The notes: generated by a model from the sequence alone, not told the origin. A DNA stretch of 64,000 nt from Maribacter sp. (GCA_047633095.1 JBLIEO010000002.1:21424-85423); one strand, 5' to 3'. Counted from the stretch's first letter, positions 1-9,932 are shown. Numbers and translations are program-made.

Positions 1-322
1 AGCCGTTTCTAAAATCCGTACTATGTGCTACCGTATTCATTTTTTTAAGTTTTCGTATGCTTAAAACTTCACAGAGGATGCGTATCAGTAGACTCCCAAC
101 CATAAGAGAAATTCCTAGAATGACTTGTTGGCTGCTATATCCTGATATATAAAAGAAAAAAACGACTAATATGATTGCGGTACTACTCAATACTGCATTG
201 GTAATGCGTTGTTTATTTTTAATTTTTCGCAATCCGTTCAATACCTCTTGGAACCCTTTTTCTGTTGCTTGTATTTCGGGTTGATTTTTCCAGTTTGATT
301 CTAACTCTTCAAAATTATTCAT
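1..322 (-). CDS. Membrane protein, putative anti-sigma factor (partial, runs off window)
   Basis: Not in ORF track. ATG at 322 overlaps the sigma factor stop and reads MNNFEELESNWKNQPEIQATEKGF...ITNAVLSSTAIILVVFFFYIS...ILGISLMVGSLLIRI with no stop to the window edge. Two TM segments. Confidence 0.7.
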   Translation of the reverse strand, partial: MNNFEELESNWKNQPEIQATEKGFQEVLNGLRKIKNKQRITNAVLSSTAIILVVFFFYISGYSSQQVILGISLMVGSLLIRILCEVLSIRKLKKMNTVAHSTDFRNG

Positions 323-809
323 AGGATACGCATTTTGTTAATTGACTTTTAATTCGATGTATTCGCGTACGAATCGCATCATGTTTTATTCCGATGATAT
401 CGGATATTTCCTTATGCGGAAGTCCTTCTAGCACTAATAAAATAATAGCTCGGTTTGTTTCTGATAGCTTCTTTATACACGCATACAACAGCGCTAGTTG
501 ATGTGCTTTATCTGCATCAGGATGTTCTTCACTAATCTCAGGAACATCGGCAATAGCAATTGTTCTGGAACTCTTTTTCTTAGTTCTTAGGTTCGACAGA
601 CAAGTGTTCACGCTTATTCTGTAAATCCATGTGCTTATACTACTTTCGCTTCTAAAGCGTTCTAAATTTTCCCATATCTTTATAAAGATTTCTTGGGTTA
701 AATCTTTGGCTAAATCTTGATCTCCTGCAACATAACCTAGACATAAGCGCATCACCTTAGCATAATGTGCGGTATACAGCTCTTTATATTTTTTTTCGGT
801 GCTATTCAT
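315..809 (-). CDS. ECF sigma-70 family RNA polymerase sigma factor
   Basis: Region 2 (DLTQEIFIKIW...STWIYRISVNTC) and region 4 (EGLPHKEISDIIGI...RTRIHRIK) motifs. Confidence 0.93.
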   Translation of the reverse strand: MNSTEKKYKELYTAHYAKVMRLCLGYVAGDQDLAKDLTQEIFIKIWENLERFRSESSISTWIYRISVNTCLSNLRTKKKSSRTIAIADVPEISEEHPDADKAHQLALLYACIKKLSETNRAIILLVLEGLPHKEISDIIGIKHDAIRTRIHRIKSQLTKCVSYE

Positions 810-1666
810 TAATTTCCCAAACTAGTGATTAATTTTTCTTGAAACCATGTAGGACTGTCGTACATAATAAAATGGGCCGCATCAGCTGCAAATTCAATTT
901 CATAATTTTGCAGCTTCTTGTACTGGTTTGCATACCTACTCTTAACCATTTCCAAACCATAAGGCTGTCCTGCTGCCAAAATAATGACGGGAATATTGAT
1001 TTTGCTAATATCTTCTCTTAAATCAAGCTTTAATAGGTCTGTATAGCCGTACACATAGGTTTCTCTATCGGCTTGAAGTATCCAATCTTTAATTTGTCCT
1101 TGTTTTTCTTTATTCATCGACATTCCAGTAGCCATTCGAGCAGCCATTCGAGCAGCCATAATAGCAAAGGATGCATTATCCATAGCCAACATTTGTTTGT
1201 TCCACGGACTTTCGTATACAAGCGCTTCGCTATTAAAATTCGGCATCATTAGTGCTCCAGTGGAAGGTAATGCATCTACTACTATTATTTTTGAAAAGGG
1301 ATGTTCTGTTTCCGTAGCCAACCAAAGACCCAAAGTGCCACCCAAACTATGTCCAACAATTATTGTGTTTTTTAGGTTTTGTTCTTTTACGTAGGCTTCT
1401 ACTCCCGTTTTTATTTTTGGAAACCAAGGTTTCTCTATAGGGGCTACATCACCAAAACCCGCAAAAGTAAAGACATGGCACTCGTAATTTTTAGAAAGTT
1501 CCGTAACCGTATCGTCCCAGACATCTGCGGTACACGTAAAACCCGGGAAAAGTAGAATAGGCTGTCCGGTACCTTTTACCCGTACTTCAAAAGGGTGGTC
1601 TTGTGCGTTTATGTAATTGGACGTAATAATAATTAGAACGAGATGGATGATTTTCAATGCTTTCAT
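809..1666 (-). CDS. Secreted alpha/beta hydrolase
   Basis: GHSLGG nucleophile elbow, C-terminal AAHFIM catalytic His. ATG at 1666 gives a signal peptide (MKALKIIHLVLIIITSNYINAQ); the ORF track starts at 1711. Confidence 0.88.
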   Translation of the reverse strand: MKALKIIHLVLIIITSNYINAQDHPFEVRVKGTGQPILLFPGFTCTADVWDDTVTELSKNYECHVFTFAGFGDVAPIEKPWFPKIKTGVEAYVKEQNLKNTIIVGHSLGGTLGLWLATETEHPFSKIIVVDALPSTGALMMPNFNSEALVYESPWNKQMLAMDNASFAIMAARMAARMATGMSMNKEKQGQIKDWILQADRETYVYGYTDLLKLDLREDISKINIPVIILAAGQPYGLEMVKSRYANQYKKLQNYEIEFAADAAHFIMYDSPTWFQEKLITSLGN

Positions 1667-1691
1667 TGTATCTATGTTTAGGATTTTCCTT

Positions 1692-1719
1692 TTAGATACA
1701 TTTTTTAGCAAATGTTACA
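1692..1719 (-). promoter_or_regulatory. Candidate ECF sigma promoter (TGTAAC...GTATCTAA)
   Basis: Minus strand reads TGTAACATTTGCTAAAAAATGTATCTAA just upstream of the hydrolase-sigma operon, resembling ECF -35/-10 elements. Confidence 0.35.
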
Positions 1720-1751
1720 TCAGCTTTAAAAAAAGTTTTATTTTTTCATAA

Positions 1752-1783
1752 AAGCACAGCTTGAAGGCCTAAAACCTGTGCTT
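1752..1783 (-). terminator. Possible terminator after the MFS gene
   Basis: AAGCACAG...CTGTGCTT inverted repeat at the MFS stop, with a short T tract on the minus strand. The loop is long. Confidence 0.4.
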
Positions 1784-3035
1784 ACTTTGAAGAAACCGTA
1801 GAAGATAATTCGTCCTCTTCATCTGAAAGACTCATCCTGTTCATGGCTAATGAAGCAAAAATAAGCGCCACAAGAAGGAAAATGGACGCTAAGGCATAGG
1901 GTGCTCCTGGAAAGTATATTTCGCTTTCTGGGCGGATAAAATAATAGAACACCGGTGAGAAGGTCAATTGACCAAAAATAGCGGTAACACTTACCAAACC
2001 AGTAATCGCTCCCTGTAGAATTCCCTGCTCTTTTTCAGAAACCTGATTTGAAATAACACCCTGAACTGTTGGGCCGGCAACACCTCCCAATGCATAAGGG
2101 ATAAGAAAGGCGTATAACATCCAAGGTTCCTCTGCTAAGGAAAAAAGAAACATACCAACGGTCCAAAGCAAAAATCCAGTAATAACGACTGTTTTACGTC
2201 CGAACCTTTTTACTGCTACCCCTACCAAAAACCCTTGAGCTATGGCGACGAAGAGACCAACAACCATTAAAGAAATACCAATATCCCTAGGACTCCAATC
2301 ATAGCGCTCTATACCATAGTAGGACCATGTGGACGGTAAGGCCTGCCCAGCCAAGTTTGCCAAAAAAAATGCGGAAATAAGTAGTAAAACACCTTTGTAA
2401 TTTCGAAGACTAACCAAAGAAACCCCTGGAATCATTTTAACCAAATTGATAGGCCGTCTATTCTCAACCGCCAAGGACTCCGGTACAAAGAACCAACCAA
2501 ATAGAAAGTTGGCAAAGGTGAGTCCGCCGGCAATGTAAAAGGGTAATCTAATATCAATTTCTCCGAAAAAACCTCCAATACCTGGGCCTATGATAAATCC
2601 TAAGCCAAACGCGGCTCCAATAAGTCCAAAGTTCTTTGCCTTTTCTTGCTTGGTACTAATATCAGCTATATAAGCAGAGGCAACGGTAAAACTTGCTCCT
2701 GTAATACCTGCCAAAAACCTACCTATAAACAACCATGTTATCGTAGGTGCCCATGCATGTATAAGGTAATCTATACTTAATCCTAACAGCGCCATCAACA
2801 GAATGGGTCGCCTACCAAATCGATCCGAAATCTCTCCTAACACAGGAGAAAACAAGAACTGCATCCCAGCGAAGGCCGTTGTCAACCACATACCATAAAT
2901 AACTGCCGTGTGCGTTCCTTCTCCGGTTAGCTCCATGATTAGCTCGGGTATTATAGGTAGTATAATTCCAATACCGATGACATCAACAAGTATGGTAATG
3001 AAAATAAAAAGTAAGGCAGTTTTTTTTGCTTTCAT
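1782..3035 (-). CDS. TCR/Tet family MFS drug:H+ antiporter
   Basis: MFS motif A (GEISDRFGRRP), motif C (GFIIGPGIGG), about 12 TM segments. Confidence 0.92.
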   Translation of the reverse strand: MKAKKTALLFIFITILVDVIGIGIILPIIPELIMELTGEGTHTAVIYGMWLTTAFAGMQFLFSPVLGEISDRFGRRPILLMALLGLSIDYLIHAWAPTITWLFIGRFLAGITGASFTVASAYIADISTKQEKAKNFGLIGAAFGLGFIIGPGIGGFFGEIDIRLPFYIAGGLTFANFLFGWFFVPESLAVENRRPINLVKMIPGVSLVSLRNYKGVLLLISAFFLANLAGQALPSTWSYYGIERYDWSPRDIGISLMVVGLFVAIAQGFLVGVAVKRFGRKTVVITGFLLWTVGMFLFSLAEEPWMLYAFLIPYALGGVAGPTVQGVISNQVSEKEQGILQGAITGLVSVTAIFGQLTFSPVFYYFIRPESEIYFPGAPYALASIFLLVALIFASLAMNRMSLSDEEDELSSTVSSK

Positions 3036-3595
3036 GCGATTGCAAAAGTCGGGTAAAAATGAATTATACTATCAATTTTATGCGTAAAAAACCAGACATT
3101 TTTTGAGGTTTTAAATAAATTAACTCTTGACTTCAAACATTGGTATTTGCAAGGTGATACAGATAAAAAGAAATTTTGTAAGACGTGTTGGAAATTTATG
3201 AATGGCCGAACTAATAAGGTCTCGAATAAACAAAGCTATTCCTATAAATTTGTCCATCTAAGATTCTAATTCCTATAATCAATAGTATAATCTAATACTG
3301 TTCCTGCAGCTAAATTTATTGTAACAGCTTCTAAATAAGTACATCATTTACTCCTCGGTAAATTTTCAATAAAACATAATAGAATATTTTTGAAAGGTTT
3401 TCATAGTCTTGATTTATATAATTCTTATATAAATGTGTATCAAATTCAAGCATGAAATCAAAACGAAATAATCTATTTATTTGCTATTGATTAAATTTAT
3501 TTTTGAAACCTAAAATCCTTTGCTACAATTGCTTAGAAGACCTAATAGGTAAAAATAATCTAGTCTGATTGTTAGTTTTCAGTTTTAATGAAAAG

Positions 3596-3624
3596 ATAAA
3601 ACCTCACAGGTTGTGAGGTTTTAT
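3596..3624 (-). terminator. Rho-independent terminator of the atp operon
   Basis: ATAAAACCTCACA-GGT-TGTGAGGTTTTAT perfect inverted repeat about 70 bp past the atpG stop. Confidence 0.8.
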
Positions 3625-3692
3625 TTGATTTTGAACTTTTAATATTCTAGTTCTTAAACTGACCTTAGTCTCGAAACGTTTTAGGAGACATC

Positions 3693-4553
3693 TTAGTTAT
3701 TTAAAGCCTCAGCACCGCCAACAATCTCTAGTATTTCATTGGTAATTGCAGCTTGTCTTGCTTGGTTATATGTTAGCTTCAACTGATCCCTAAGTTCTGT
3801 GGCGTTATCAGTTGCTTTATGCATCGCTGTCATACGTGCACCATGCTCACTTGCAAAAGAATCCCTAATACCCTTATACAGTTGTGTTTTCAGGGATTTT
3901 GGAATTAATTGTTCAATGATTTCCAATTTGGATGGTTCAAAGATATAATCCGCACTTATTTTCTCTTCTCCCACCAAAGGAACAATAGGCAAAAACTGTT
4001 CGGTCATTACGATTTGTGTAGCTGCGTTCTTGAACTTATTATAAATAATTTCAATCCTATCATATGAACCATTGGTAAACTGCTCCATTAAACTCTCCGC
4101 TATCCCAGCAACATTATCAAAAGTAAGATCTTCATAAACACTACTATGATTGGCAATCACCGTATACTTTTTTCCTAAATAATCACTAGATTTCTTTCCA
4201 ATAGCTACAAAATCTACTTGCTTTCCTGTGTGAAAGTCCTCTGCCAAGTATACGCACTGTTTAAGGATGTTTGTATTAAAAGCACCACACAAACCTCTAT
4301 TGGAAGTGATGGCAACGACCAAGACCTTGTTCACTGCTCTATTATCCGAGTATTTACTTCCAGAATCGGAATCCATACTCGCACTAAGGCTTTGCAATAA
4401 TCCCGTTAGCTTATCAGCATAGGGCCTCATCGCCGTAATTGCATCTTGGGCCTTCTTCAATTTAGCAGCAGATACCATTTTCATGGCACTAGTAATCTGC
4501 ATCGTAGAAGAAACCGATGCTATCCTATTTCGTATTTCCTTTAAATTGGCCAT
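3693..4553 (-). CDS. atpG: ATP synthase F1 subunit gamma
   Basis: QITSAMKMVSAAK, SNRGLCG, YNQARQAAITNEILEI. Confidence 0.98.
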   Translation of the reverse strand: MANLKEIRNRIASVSSTMQITSAMKMVSAAKLKKAQDAITAMRPYADKLTGLLQSLSASMDSDSGSKYSDNRAVNKVLVVAITSNRGLCGAFNTNILKQCVYLAEDFHTGKQVDFVAIGKKSSDYLGKKYTVIANHSSVYEDLTFDNVAGIAESLMEQFTNGSYDRIEIIYNKFKNAATQIVMTEQFLPIVPLVGEEKISADYIFEPSKLEIIEQLIPKSLKTQLYKGIRDSFASEHGARMTAMHKATDNATELRDQLKLTYNQARQAAITNEILEIVGGAEALNN

Positions 4554-4622
4554 TTTTCTCTAGTATTAAGTAGCGAGTACAAAGTACTTAAGTGCTCTAT
4601 GGGTTATTCTCGTTATTAATTT

Positions 4623-6203
4623 TTATCCTATGTACTTCGCTGAAAGCTCTTTACAAACTGTGTTTAAGGTATCCGTAACCTCATCCGTTAGCTTTCCTGC
4701 TTTAAGTGTGTCTAAAATACCTCTATGCTTCACATTTAGAAATTCTATATAATCTCTTTCAAATTCCTTTATTTTCTCTACTGGAACGTCTCTTAACAAG
4801 TTCTTAGAACCTGCATAAATGATAGCAACTTGGTCTTCTACAGTGAAAGGATCATTTTGAGCTTGCTTCAAAATTTCAACATTTCTACGTCCTTTTTCAA
4901 TCACGTTCAAGGTAGCTGCATCCAAATCTGATCCAAATTTGGCAAAAGCTTCCAACTCACGGAACTGAGCTTGATCCAATTTTAAGGTGCCCGCTACCTT
5001 TTTCATGGATTTAATCTGTGCATTACCACCTACACGAGATACCGAAATACCTACGTTAATGGCTGGACGAACACCTTGGTTAAATAAATCCTGCTCCAAG
5101 AAAATCTGACCATCTGTAATCGAAATTACGTTTGTTGGAATATACGCAGATACATCCCCAGCCTGTGTTTCAATAATTGGTAAAGCAGTTAAAGAACCTC
5201 CACCTTTTACAATTGGTTTCAATACATCAGGTAAATCATTCATGTTCTTAGCAATGGCATCATCATTAATGACCTTTGCTGCACGCTCCAATAATCTAGA
5301 GTGTAGGTAAAAAACATCTCCAGGGTAGGCCTCGCGTCCCGGTGGTCTTCTTAATAATAAAGAAACCTCACGATAGGCTACCGCTTGTTTTGATAAATCA
5401 TCATATATAATTAAAGCTGGGCGACCTGTATCCCTAAAATACTCTCCAATAGATGCGCCTGCAAAAGGGGCATATACCTGCATTGGTGCAGGATCAGATG
5501 CGTTTGCAGCCACTATTGTTGTATACGCCATAGCGCCTTTATCTTCTAATACTTGTGCAATTCCTGCAACCGTTGATGCTTTTTGACCTATAGCAACATA
5601 AATACAATATACTGGCTCACCAGCATCGTAAAACTCTTTTTGGTTCAAAATGGTATCAATACACACGGTAGTCTTACCTGTTTGACGGTCACCAATAACC
5701 AGCTCACGCTGTCCTCTACCTACAGGAATCATAGCGTCAATAGCCTTAATACCAGTCTGTAAGGGCTCTGTAACTGGCTCACGAAAAATTACACCGGGCG
5801 CCTTACGCTCTAATGGCATTTCATACGTCTTGCCTGCAATTGGTCCTTTACCATCTATAGGTTGTCCCAATGTATCTACTACACGACCAACAATTCCTTC
5901 GCCAACATTTATGGAAGCAATACGTTGTGTGCGTTTTACGGTCGTTCCTTCTCCGATTTCTCTAGAGTGGCCCAACAATACTACACCTACGTTATCTTCT
6001 TCCAAGTTTAGAACGATTCCTTCCAAACCACCGTCGAACTCTACCAATTCTCCGTACTGCACGTTGGCCAAACCAAAGACCCTGGCGATACCATCACCTA
6101 CCTGCAATACTGTTCCTACTTCATCCAAAGTAGCGGTTGCATCGAAACTTGATAATTGTTGCTTTAAAATTGCTGATACCTCAGCGGCTTTTACTCCTGC
6201 CAT
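4623..6203 (-). CDS. atpA: ATP synthase F1 subunit alpha
   Basis: GDRQTGKT Walker [27 protein letters not shown]. Confidence 0.99.
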   Translation of the reverse strand: MAGVKAAEVSAILKQQLSSFDATATLDEVGTVLQVGDGIARVFGLANVQYGELVEFDGGLEGIVLNLEEDNVGVVLLGHSREIGEGTTVKRTQRIASINVGEGIVGRVVDTLGQPIDGKGPIAGKTYEMPLERKAPGVIFREPVTEPLQTGIKAIDAMIPVGRGQRELVIGDRQTGKTTVCIDTILNQKEFYDAGEPVYCIYVAIGQKASTVAGIAQVLEDKGAMAYTTIVAANASDPAPMQVYAPFAGASIGEYFRDTGRPALIIYDDLSKQAVAYREVSLLLRRPPGREAYPGDVFYLHSRLLERAAKVINDDAIAKNMNDLPDVLKPIVKGGGSLTALPIIETQAGDVSAYIPTNVISITDGQIFLEQDLFNQGVRPAINVGISVSRVGGNAQIKSMKKVAGTLKLDQAQFRELEAFAKFGSDLDAATLNVIEKGRRNVEILKQAQNDPFTVEDQVAIIYAGSKNLLRDVPVEKIKEFERDYIEFLNVKHRGILDTLKAGKLTDEVTDTLNTVCKELSAKYIG

Positions 6204-6264
6204 TTTTCTAAGACGTTAGATGTTTAGACGTTAGACATTAGATGTCCATATGTCTTCCCATTTA

Positions 6265-6804
6265 TTATAGATTATTTGTAAATTCTCTTTTTAAATTGTT
6301 TAATTTATTGGCAATACTAGCATCATACTGTAAATCACCAACGCGCAAAACAAAACCACCGATGATATTCTCATCGACTGTATTTTCTAAAGTGACCTCG
6401 TTCCCTGTAATAGCAGTCACCTGTTTTAAAATCTTTTTTTCCATTGTAGCATCCATTGGGACGGCCGTAGTCACGTAAGCTACATCTTTTCCCTTCAGCT
6501 GCTCATTAATAATGATATACTTTAAAGCGACTTCATTCAAAATCGAAATCCTTTTATTCTCCACCAACAGCGCTATAAGACCTTCCGAAATTGCATGGCT
6601 ATTTTTGAATATCTTAGAAAGGATGTCCTTTTTTGCAGTTCCCGTTATTACCGGGCTAGCCAACATTTGTCTTAATTCTTTACTATCGGAAACGGTAGTC
6701 ACAATAGAACGCATGTCCTTCTCGACGGCATCGGTCACCCTTTTGTCGGCTGCCAAATCCAAAATGGCTTTGGCATATCGTACTGCTGCTCTAGATTCGT
6801 TCAT
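6265..6804 (-). CDS. atpH: ATP synthase F1 subunit delta
   Basis: RYAKA N-terminus, IIGGFVLRVGD..YDAS, operon position. Confidence 0.97.
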   Translation of the reverse strand: MNESRAAVRYAKAILDLAADKRVTDAVEKDMRSIVTTVSDSKELRQMLASPVITGTAKKDILSKIFKNSHAISEGLIALLVENKRISILNEVALKYIIINEQLKGKDVAYVTTAVPMDATMEKKILKQVTAITGNEVTLENTVDENIIGGFVLRVGDLQYDASIANKLNNLKREFTNNL

Positions 6805-6810
6805 ACCTTT

Positions 6811-7311
6811 TTACTTCAATTTAATATCACCTAATAACTCATCAACCAATTTCAATTGCTTGTCTTTGTTAGAAAGTTCCACTTTAATAACCTTTTCCGC
6901 AATTGCTACAGAAAGTTCGGCTACTTGATTCTTAATATCCTCTACGGCAGCTTTCTTTTCACTCTCAATGGCCGCCTGTGCTTGCTTAATCATTTTGTCT
7001 CCTTCAACTTTAGCTTGTTCCTTAGAATCAGCTATCATCTTTTCCTTGATTTCACGTGCTTCTTTTAACAATGCTTCGCGTTCTGCGCGTGCCTCCTTCA
7101 AAAGCTTCTCACTATCGGCAGTTACATTTTGCATTTCTTTCTTTGCATTCTCAGCGGCAGCCAAGGCATCCTTAATACCATCCTCCCGGGCATCAACAGC
7201 ATTCAAAATTGGCTTCCAAGCAAATTTCCACAATAAGAAAAGCAATAAACCAAACAATAAGGTTTGCCAAAAAAACAGTCCTAATGAAAATTCCTCTAAT
7301 AATTTTTTCAT
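6811..7311 (-). CDS. atpF: ATP synthase F0 subunit b
   Basis: N-terminal TM, FAWKPI, long coiled coil. Confidence 0.97.
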   Translation of the reverse strand: MKKLLEEFSLGLFFWQTLLFGLLLFLLWKFAWKPILNAVDAREDGIKDALAAAENAKKEMQNVTADSEKLLKEARAEREALLKEAREIKEKMIADSKEQAKVEGDKMIKQAQAAIESEKKAAVEDIKNQVAELSVAIAEKVIKVELSNKDKQLKLVDELLGDIKLK

Positions 7312-7346
7312 TTTTTTTACTTTGAGAACTTTTAAACTTTAAATTT

Positions 7347-7383
7347 AAATAACAGCTGCAACCAACCGTTACAGCTGTTATTT
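7347..7383 (-). promoter_or_regulatory. Intercistronic stem-loop between atpE and atpF
   Basis: mRNA AAAUAACAGCUGUAAC-GGUUG-GUUGCAGCUGUUAUUU forms a 16-bp stem with one U-G pair. Confidence 0.7.
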
Positions 7384-7395
7384 GATGCTAATTGA

Positions 7396-7587
7396 TTATA
7401 CTGCAAATAATGCAGCAAATCCAATACCTTCAATAAGCGCTGCTGCAATCAACATTGCTGTTTGAATCTTTCCGTAAGCTTCAGGCTGACGAGCAATAGC
7501 ATCCATAGCTGAACCACCGATTCTACCAATACCAATACCAACACCAATTACAACTAAACCTGCACCTACCATTACTGGAATTTCCAT
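7396..7587 (-). CDS. atpE: ATP synthase F0 subunit c
   Basis: GxGxGxG motif, ARQPE loop, conserved Glu in LIEG. Confidence 0.98.
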   Translation of the reverse strand: MEIPVMVGAGLVVIGVGIGIGRIGGSAMDAIARQPEAYGKIQTAMLIAAALIEGIGFAALFAV

Positions 7588-7661
7588 AATATATATAGTT
7601 TAAAAATTAAAAATTCAATACTAGATTCTCACCTTCGAGGAAATGAAAACAAAACACCTAT

Positions 7662-8774
7662 TTAGTGCGCATCTGCATGATTGTGCTCTACCGCTGCAAA
7701 ACCAAAATACAAAGCTGAAAGCATTGTGAAAATATACGCCTGCAAAAGTGCCACCAAAATCTCAATCAAAGAAATTGCAAAAGCCAACCCAAAGGACAAT
7801 GGGCTACCCAACCAACTCTTAAAAATAAACATTAATCCAATTAAACTCATTAATACGATATGCCCTGCTTGCATGTTTGCATACAAACGAATCAATAATG
7901 AGAACGGTTTTATAAATATTCCTAACAATTCAATAGGAATCAAAATAGGATATAAAACCAACTTACCATACCAAGGCAGTGTATCGCCCAATGGATCAAA
8001 AATATGCATCCAATAATCCTTAGTTCCTGTAAGATTAGTGAATAAGAATGTTAACAATGCTAAAGCAAATGTTATGGCGATATTTCCAGTAACGTTGACT
8101 CCTAATGGGGTTAATCCAAAAATATTTAAGAACCATATAAAGAAAAAGATAGATAATAAATAAGGCATATACCTTTTGTGCTTTTTCTCGCCGATATTAG
8201 GCTTTGCAATATCATCTCTTATATAAAGTACTATTGGTTCAAAGAAACGACCAACACCCGTTGGTATTCCTCCATTTTTAGCATATGACTTAGCCAATCC
8301 TCTAAATAAGAAAAACATCAACAGACCAGTTATGAATATCATAACTACGCTTTTTGTAATAGAAAAGTCCAATGGCTTTACATTAGCGGGGTGATGTTCT
8401 TCATCATAATTAATAGTTCCATTAGCATCTGTCTTGTAAATTTTGTTATGATAGAGCTTGTAGAAGTTTCCATCTACATCGGCCAAAGTCTCGCCATGGT
8501 TCAATTTTGATGAGGAAAATACTTTTAAACCACCATCCCAAAGGATTACTGGCAAAGGAAAGCCCACATATACATGTTCGTGCGTTTCATTCGTATATGA
8601 GAACAAAGAGAAATCGTGAGAATCTTTAAGGTGATGTTGAATGTATTCCTTAATTTCTGTTTTAAGGTCCTGTTTAGGCTCTTCAATAGCGGATTTTATC
8701 TCCGAAGCAGAAATAGTATTGCTAAAAAATAAAACAAAGGCTGTTAGAAGTTTGAAAAAAAATGTTTTTCGCAT
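7662..8774 (-). CDS. atpB: ATP synthase F0 subunit a (Bacteroidota long form)
   Basis: LIRLYANMQAGH, LQAYIFTML, N-terminal periplasmic extension. ATG at 8774 (track starts at 8783). Confidence 0.97.
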   Translation of the reverse strand: MRKTFFFKLLTAFVLFFSNTISASEIKSAIEEPKQDLKTEIKEYIQHHLKDSHDFSLFSYTNETHEHVYVGFPLPVILWDGGLKVFSSSKLNHGETLADVDGNFYKLYHNKIYKTDANGTINYDEEHHPANVKPLDFSITKSVVMIFITGLLMFFLFRGLAKSYAKNGGIPTGVGRFFEPIVLYIRDDIAKPNIGEKKHKRYMPYLLSIFFFIWFLNIFGLTPLGVNVTGNIAITFALALLTFLFTNLTGTKDYWMHIFDPLGDTLPWYGKLVLYPILIPIELLGIFIKPFSLLIRLYANMQAGHIVLMSLIGLMFIFKSWLGSPLSFGLAFAISLIEILVALLQAYIFTMLSALYFGFAAVEHNHADAH

Positions 8775-8806
8775 ATCACTCAAATATCGGTCTCTAAAAA
8801 TCGATG

Positions 8807-8814
8807 CAAATGTA
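8807..8814 (-). promoter_or_regulatory. Bacteroidota sigma-70 -7 element (TACATTTG) for atpB
   Basis: Matches the TAnnTTTG consensus about 30 bp upstream of atpB. Confidence 0.6.
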
Positions 8815-8885
8815 CACTATTATCCCAAAAATAAAAAAGCAAATGAGACTTTATTTTACCACCGTTGTTGTAAGGAAATATGCCA

Positions 8886-9287
8886 TTACTTGCTAACCAT
8901 TTTATTAAGTGTTTTAGCCATGAAAACAGTCTCAATAATAAGCGCTATCGTATAAGGCAAAAAGAATGCTGAGAATTCCATTTTATCCATGGTATCGTCG
9001 GTATTATACACAGGATAAAAAATAATAAAAAAGAAGACAAACTTTAGAAGGCTTCCGCCCATAAAAAGAAATCCAATTTGATTTTTTAATTTCTCTCTAG
9101 CCAAGTAAAGGCCTATATAAATACTAGTGGCCAAAATACCGTTTACCACATAAGATTCTATAATAAGATTCCCATACTTGGGCAAACCCTTAACCTCTAG
9201 TATATATGTATGTAAAAAGAATGCGAATACTAAACCAATCCCAAGAAAGAGAGAAAATTGGGCAATGGAATTCGATTTTAAGTTCAA
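8886..9287 (-). CDS. Membrane protein upstream of atpB (ATP synthase I-like, DUF6168-like)
   Basis: Four TM segments, GFLFMGGSLLKF; position ahead of atpB. Confidence 0.7.
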   Translation of the reverse strand: MNLKSNSIAQFSLFLGIGLVFAFFLHTYILEVKGLPKYGNLIIESYVVNGILATSIYIGLYLAREKLKNQIGFLFMGGSLLKFVFFFIIFYPVYNTDDTMDKMEFSAFFLPYTIALIIETVFMAKTLNKMVSK

Positions 9288-9511
9288 TACTTTATGCTTT
9301 TAAGTTGCCGCAAAACTACCCAAATAGATATTACAACACCAAAAATTGTTGCAATAGCAGTGCAAATTCGTTTTTCATTACCATAATGTTCATCCAACCA
9401 AACGCCTCCTTTGGCAGCCAAAAATATGATAGCTCCCATTTCAAAAGCAATTCCGGAAAGGATCGCAACATTTTTAAAACTATTTTTTTTAGGAGGCTTT
9501 TGCTGGCTCAT
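9284..9511 (-). CDS. AtpZ/AtpI family protein
   Basis: GIAFEMGAII...GVWLD pattern, two TM segments, atp operon context. Confidence 0.82.
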   Translation of the reverse strand: MSQQKPPKKNSFKNVAILSGIAFEMGAIIFLAAKGGVWLDEHYGNEKRICTAIATIFGVVISIWVVLRQLKSIKY

Positions 9512-9914
9512 TTTTAGATTTGAAACTACTGGAATTTTGACTCACGGCGCTTCCGCTGCCTTTCATAGTACACGAAGCATTAAACGTAGCTCCCGGCTCT
9601 ACGGCAAGTTTACTAACCGATACCGTTCCCTCTATTACCGCAGATGCCTTTAAAGATAATAAATCAGAAACCAAAAGTTCGCCGTTAAAGCTCCCTTCTA
9701 TATCCGCATTTACACATTCTACTTTTCCGTGAATGTAACCGTCCTTTCCAATCACAACTTTGCCAGAGGTTTTTACGTTACCGTCCAATTTACCATCAAT
9801 ACGGAAATCAGCTTCGGAAATAATATCTCCTTTTATTTTTGTGTTTTTCTCAATTCTGTTGGGTTGTCCTCCTACTTCGTTCATAGCTTTAGGTTTTTGT
9901 TTGTCTGAAAACAT
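9489..9914 (-). CDS. Bactofilin (polymer-forming cytoskeletal protein)
   Basis: Beta-helix repeats IKGDI, RIDGKLDGNV, IEGTV, LAVEPGATFNASC. Confidence 0.92.
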   Translation of the reverse strand: MFSDKQKPKAMNEVGGQPNRIEKNTKIKGDIISEADFRIDGKLDGNVKTSGKVVIGKDGYIHGKVECVNADIEGSFNGELLVSDLLSLKASAVIEGTVSVSKLAVEPGATFNASCTMKGSGSAVSQNSSSFKSKNEPAKAS

Positions 9915-9932
9915 GGATTTATGGTTTTGGGA

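Noticed and set aside
1782-3035. Acquired tetracycline resistance gene
   Set aside because: TetA-like MFS, but no adjacent tetR or mobile element. Chromosomal TCR/Tet homologs are common and the substrate is unknown.
3036-3595. Long AT-rich spacer, possible gene remnant or sRNA
   Set aside because: Only short broken frames and no recognisable motif or structure.
5830-8955. Plus-strand ORFs overlapping atp genes, and similar short antisense ORFs across the window
   Set aside because: Shadows of real genes on the opposite strand, with no motifs or start context.
3693-9511. atp operon lacking atpD and atpC
   Set aside because: A split atp operon is normal in Flavobacteriaceae.
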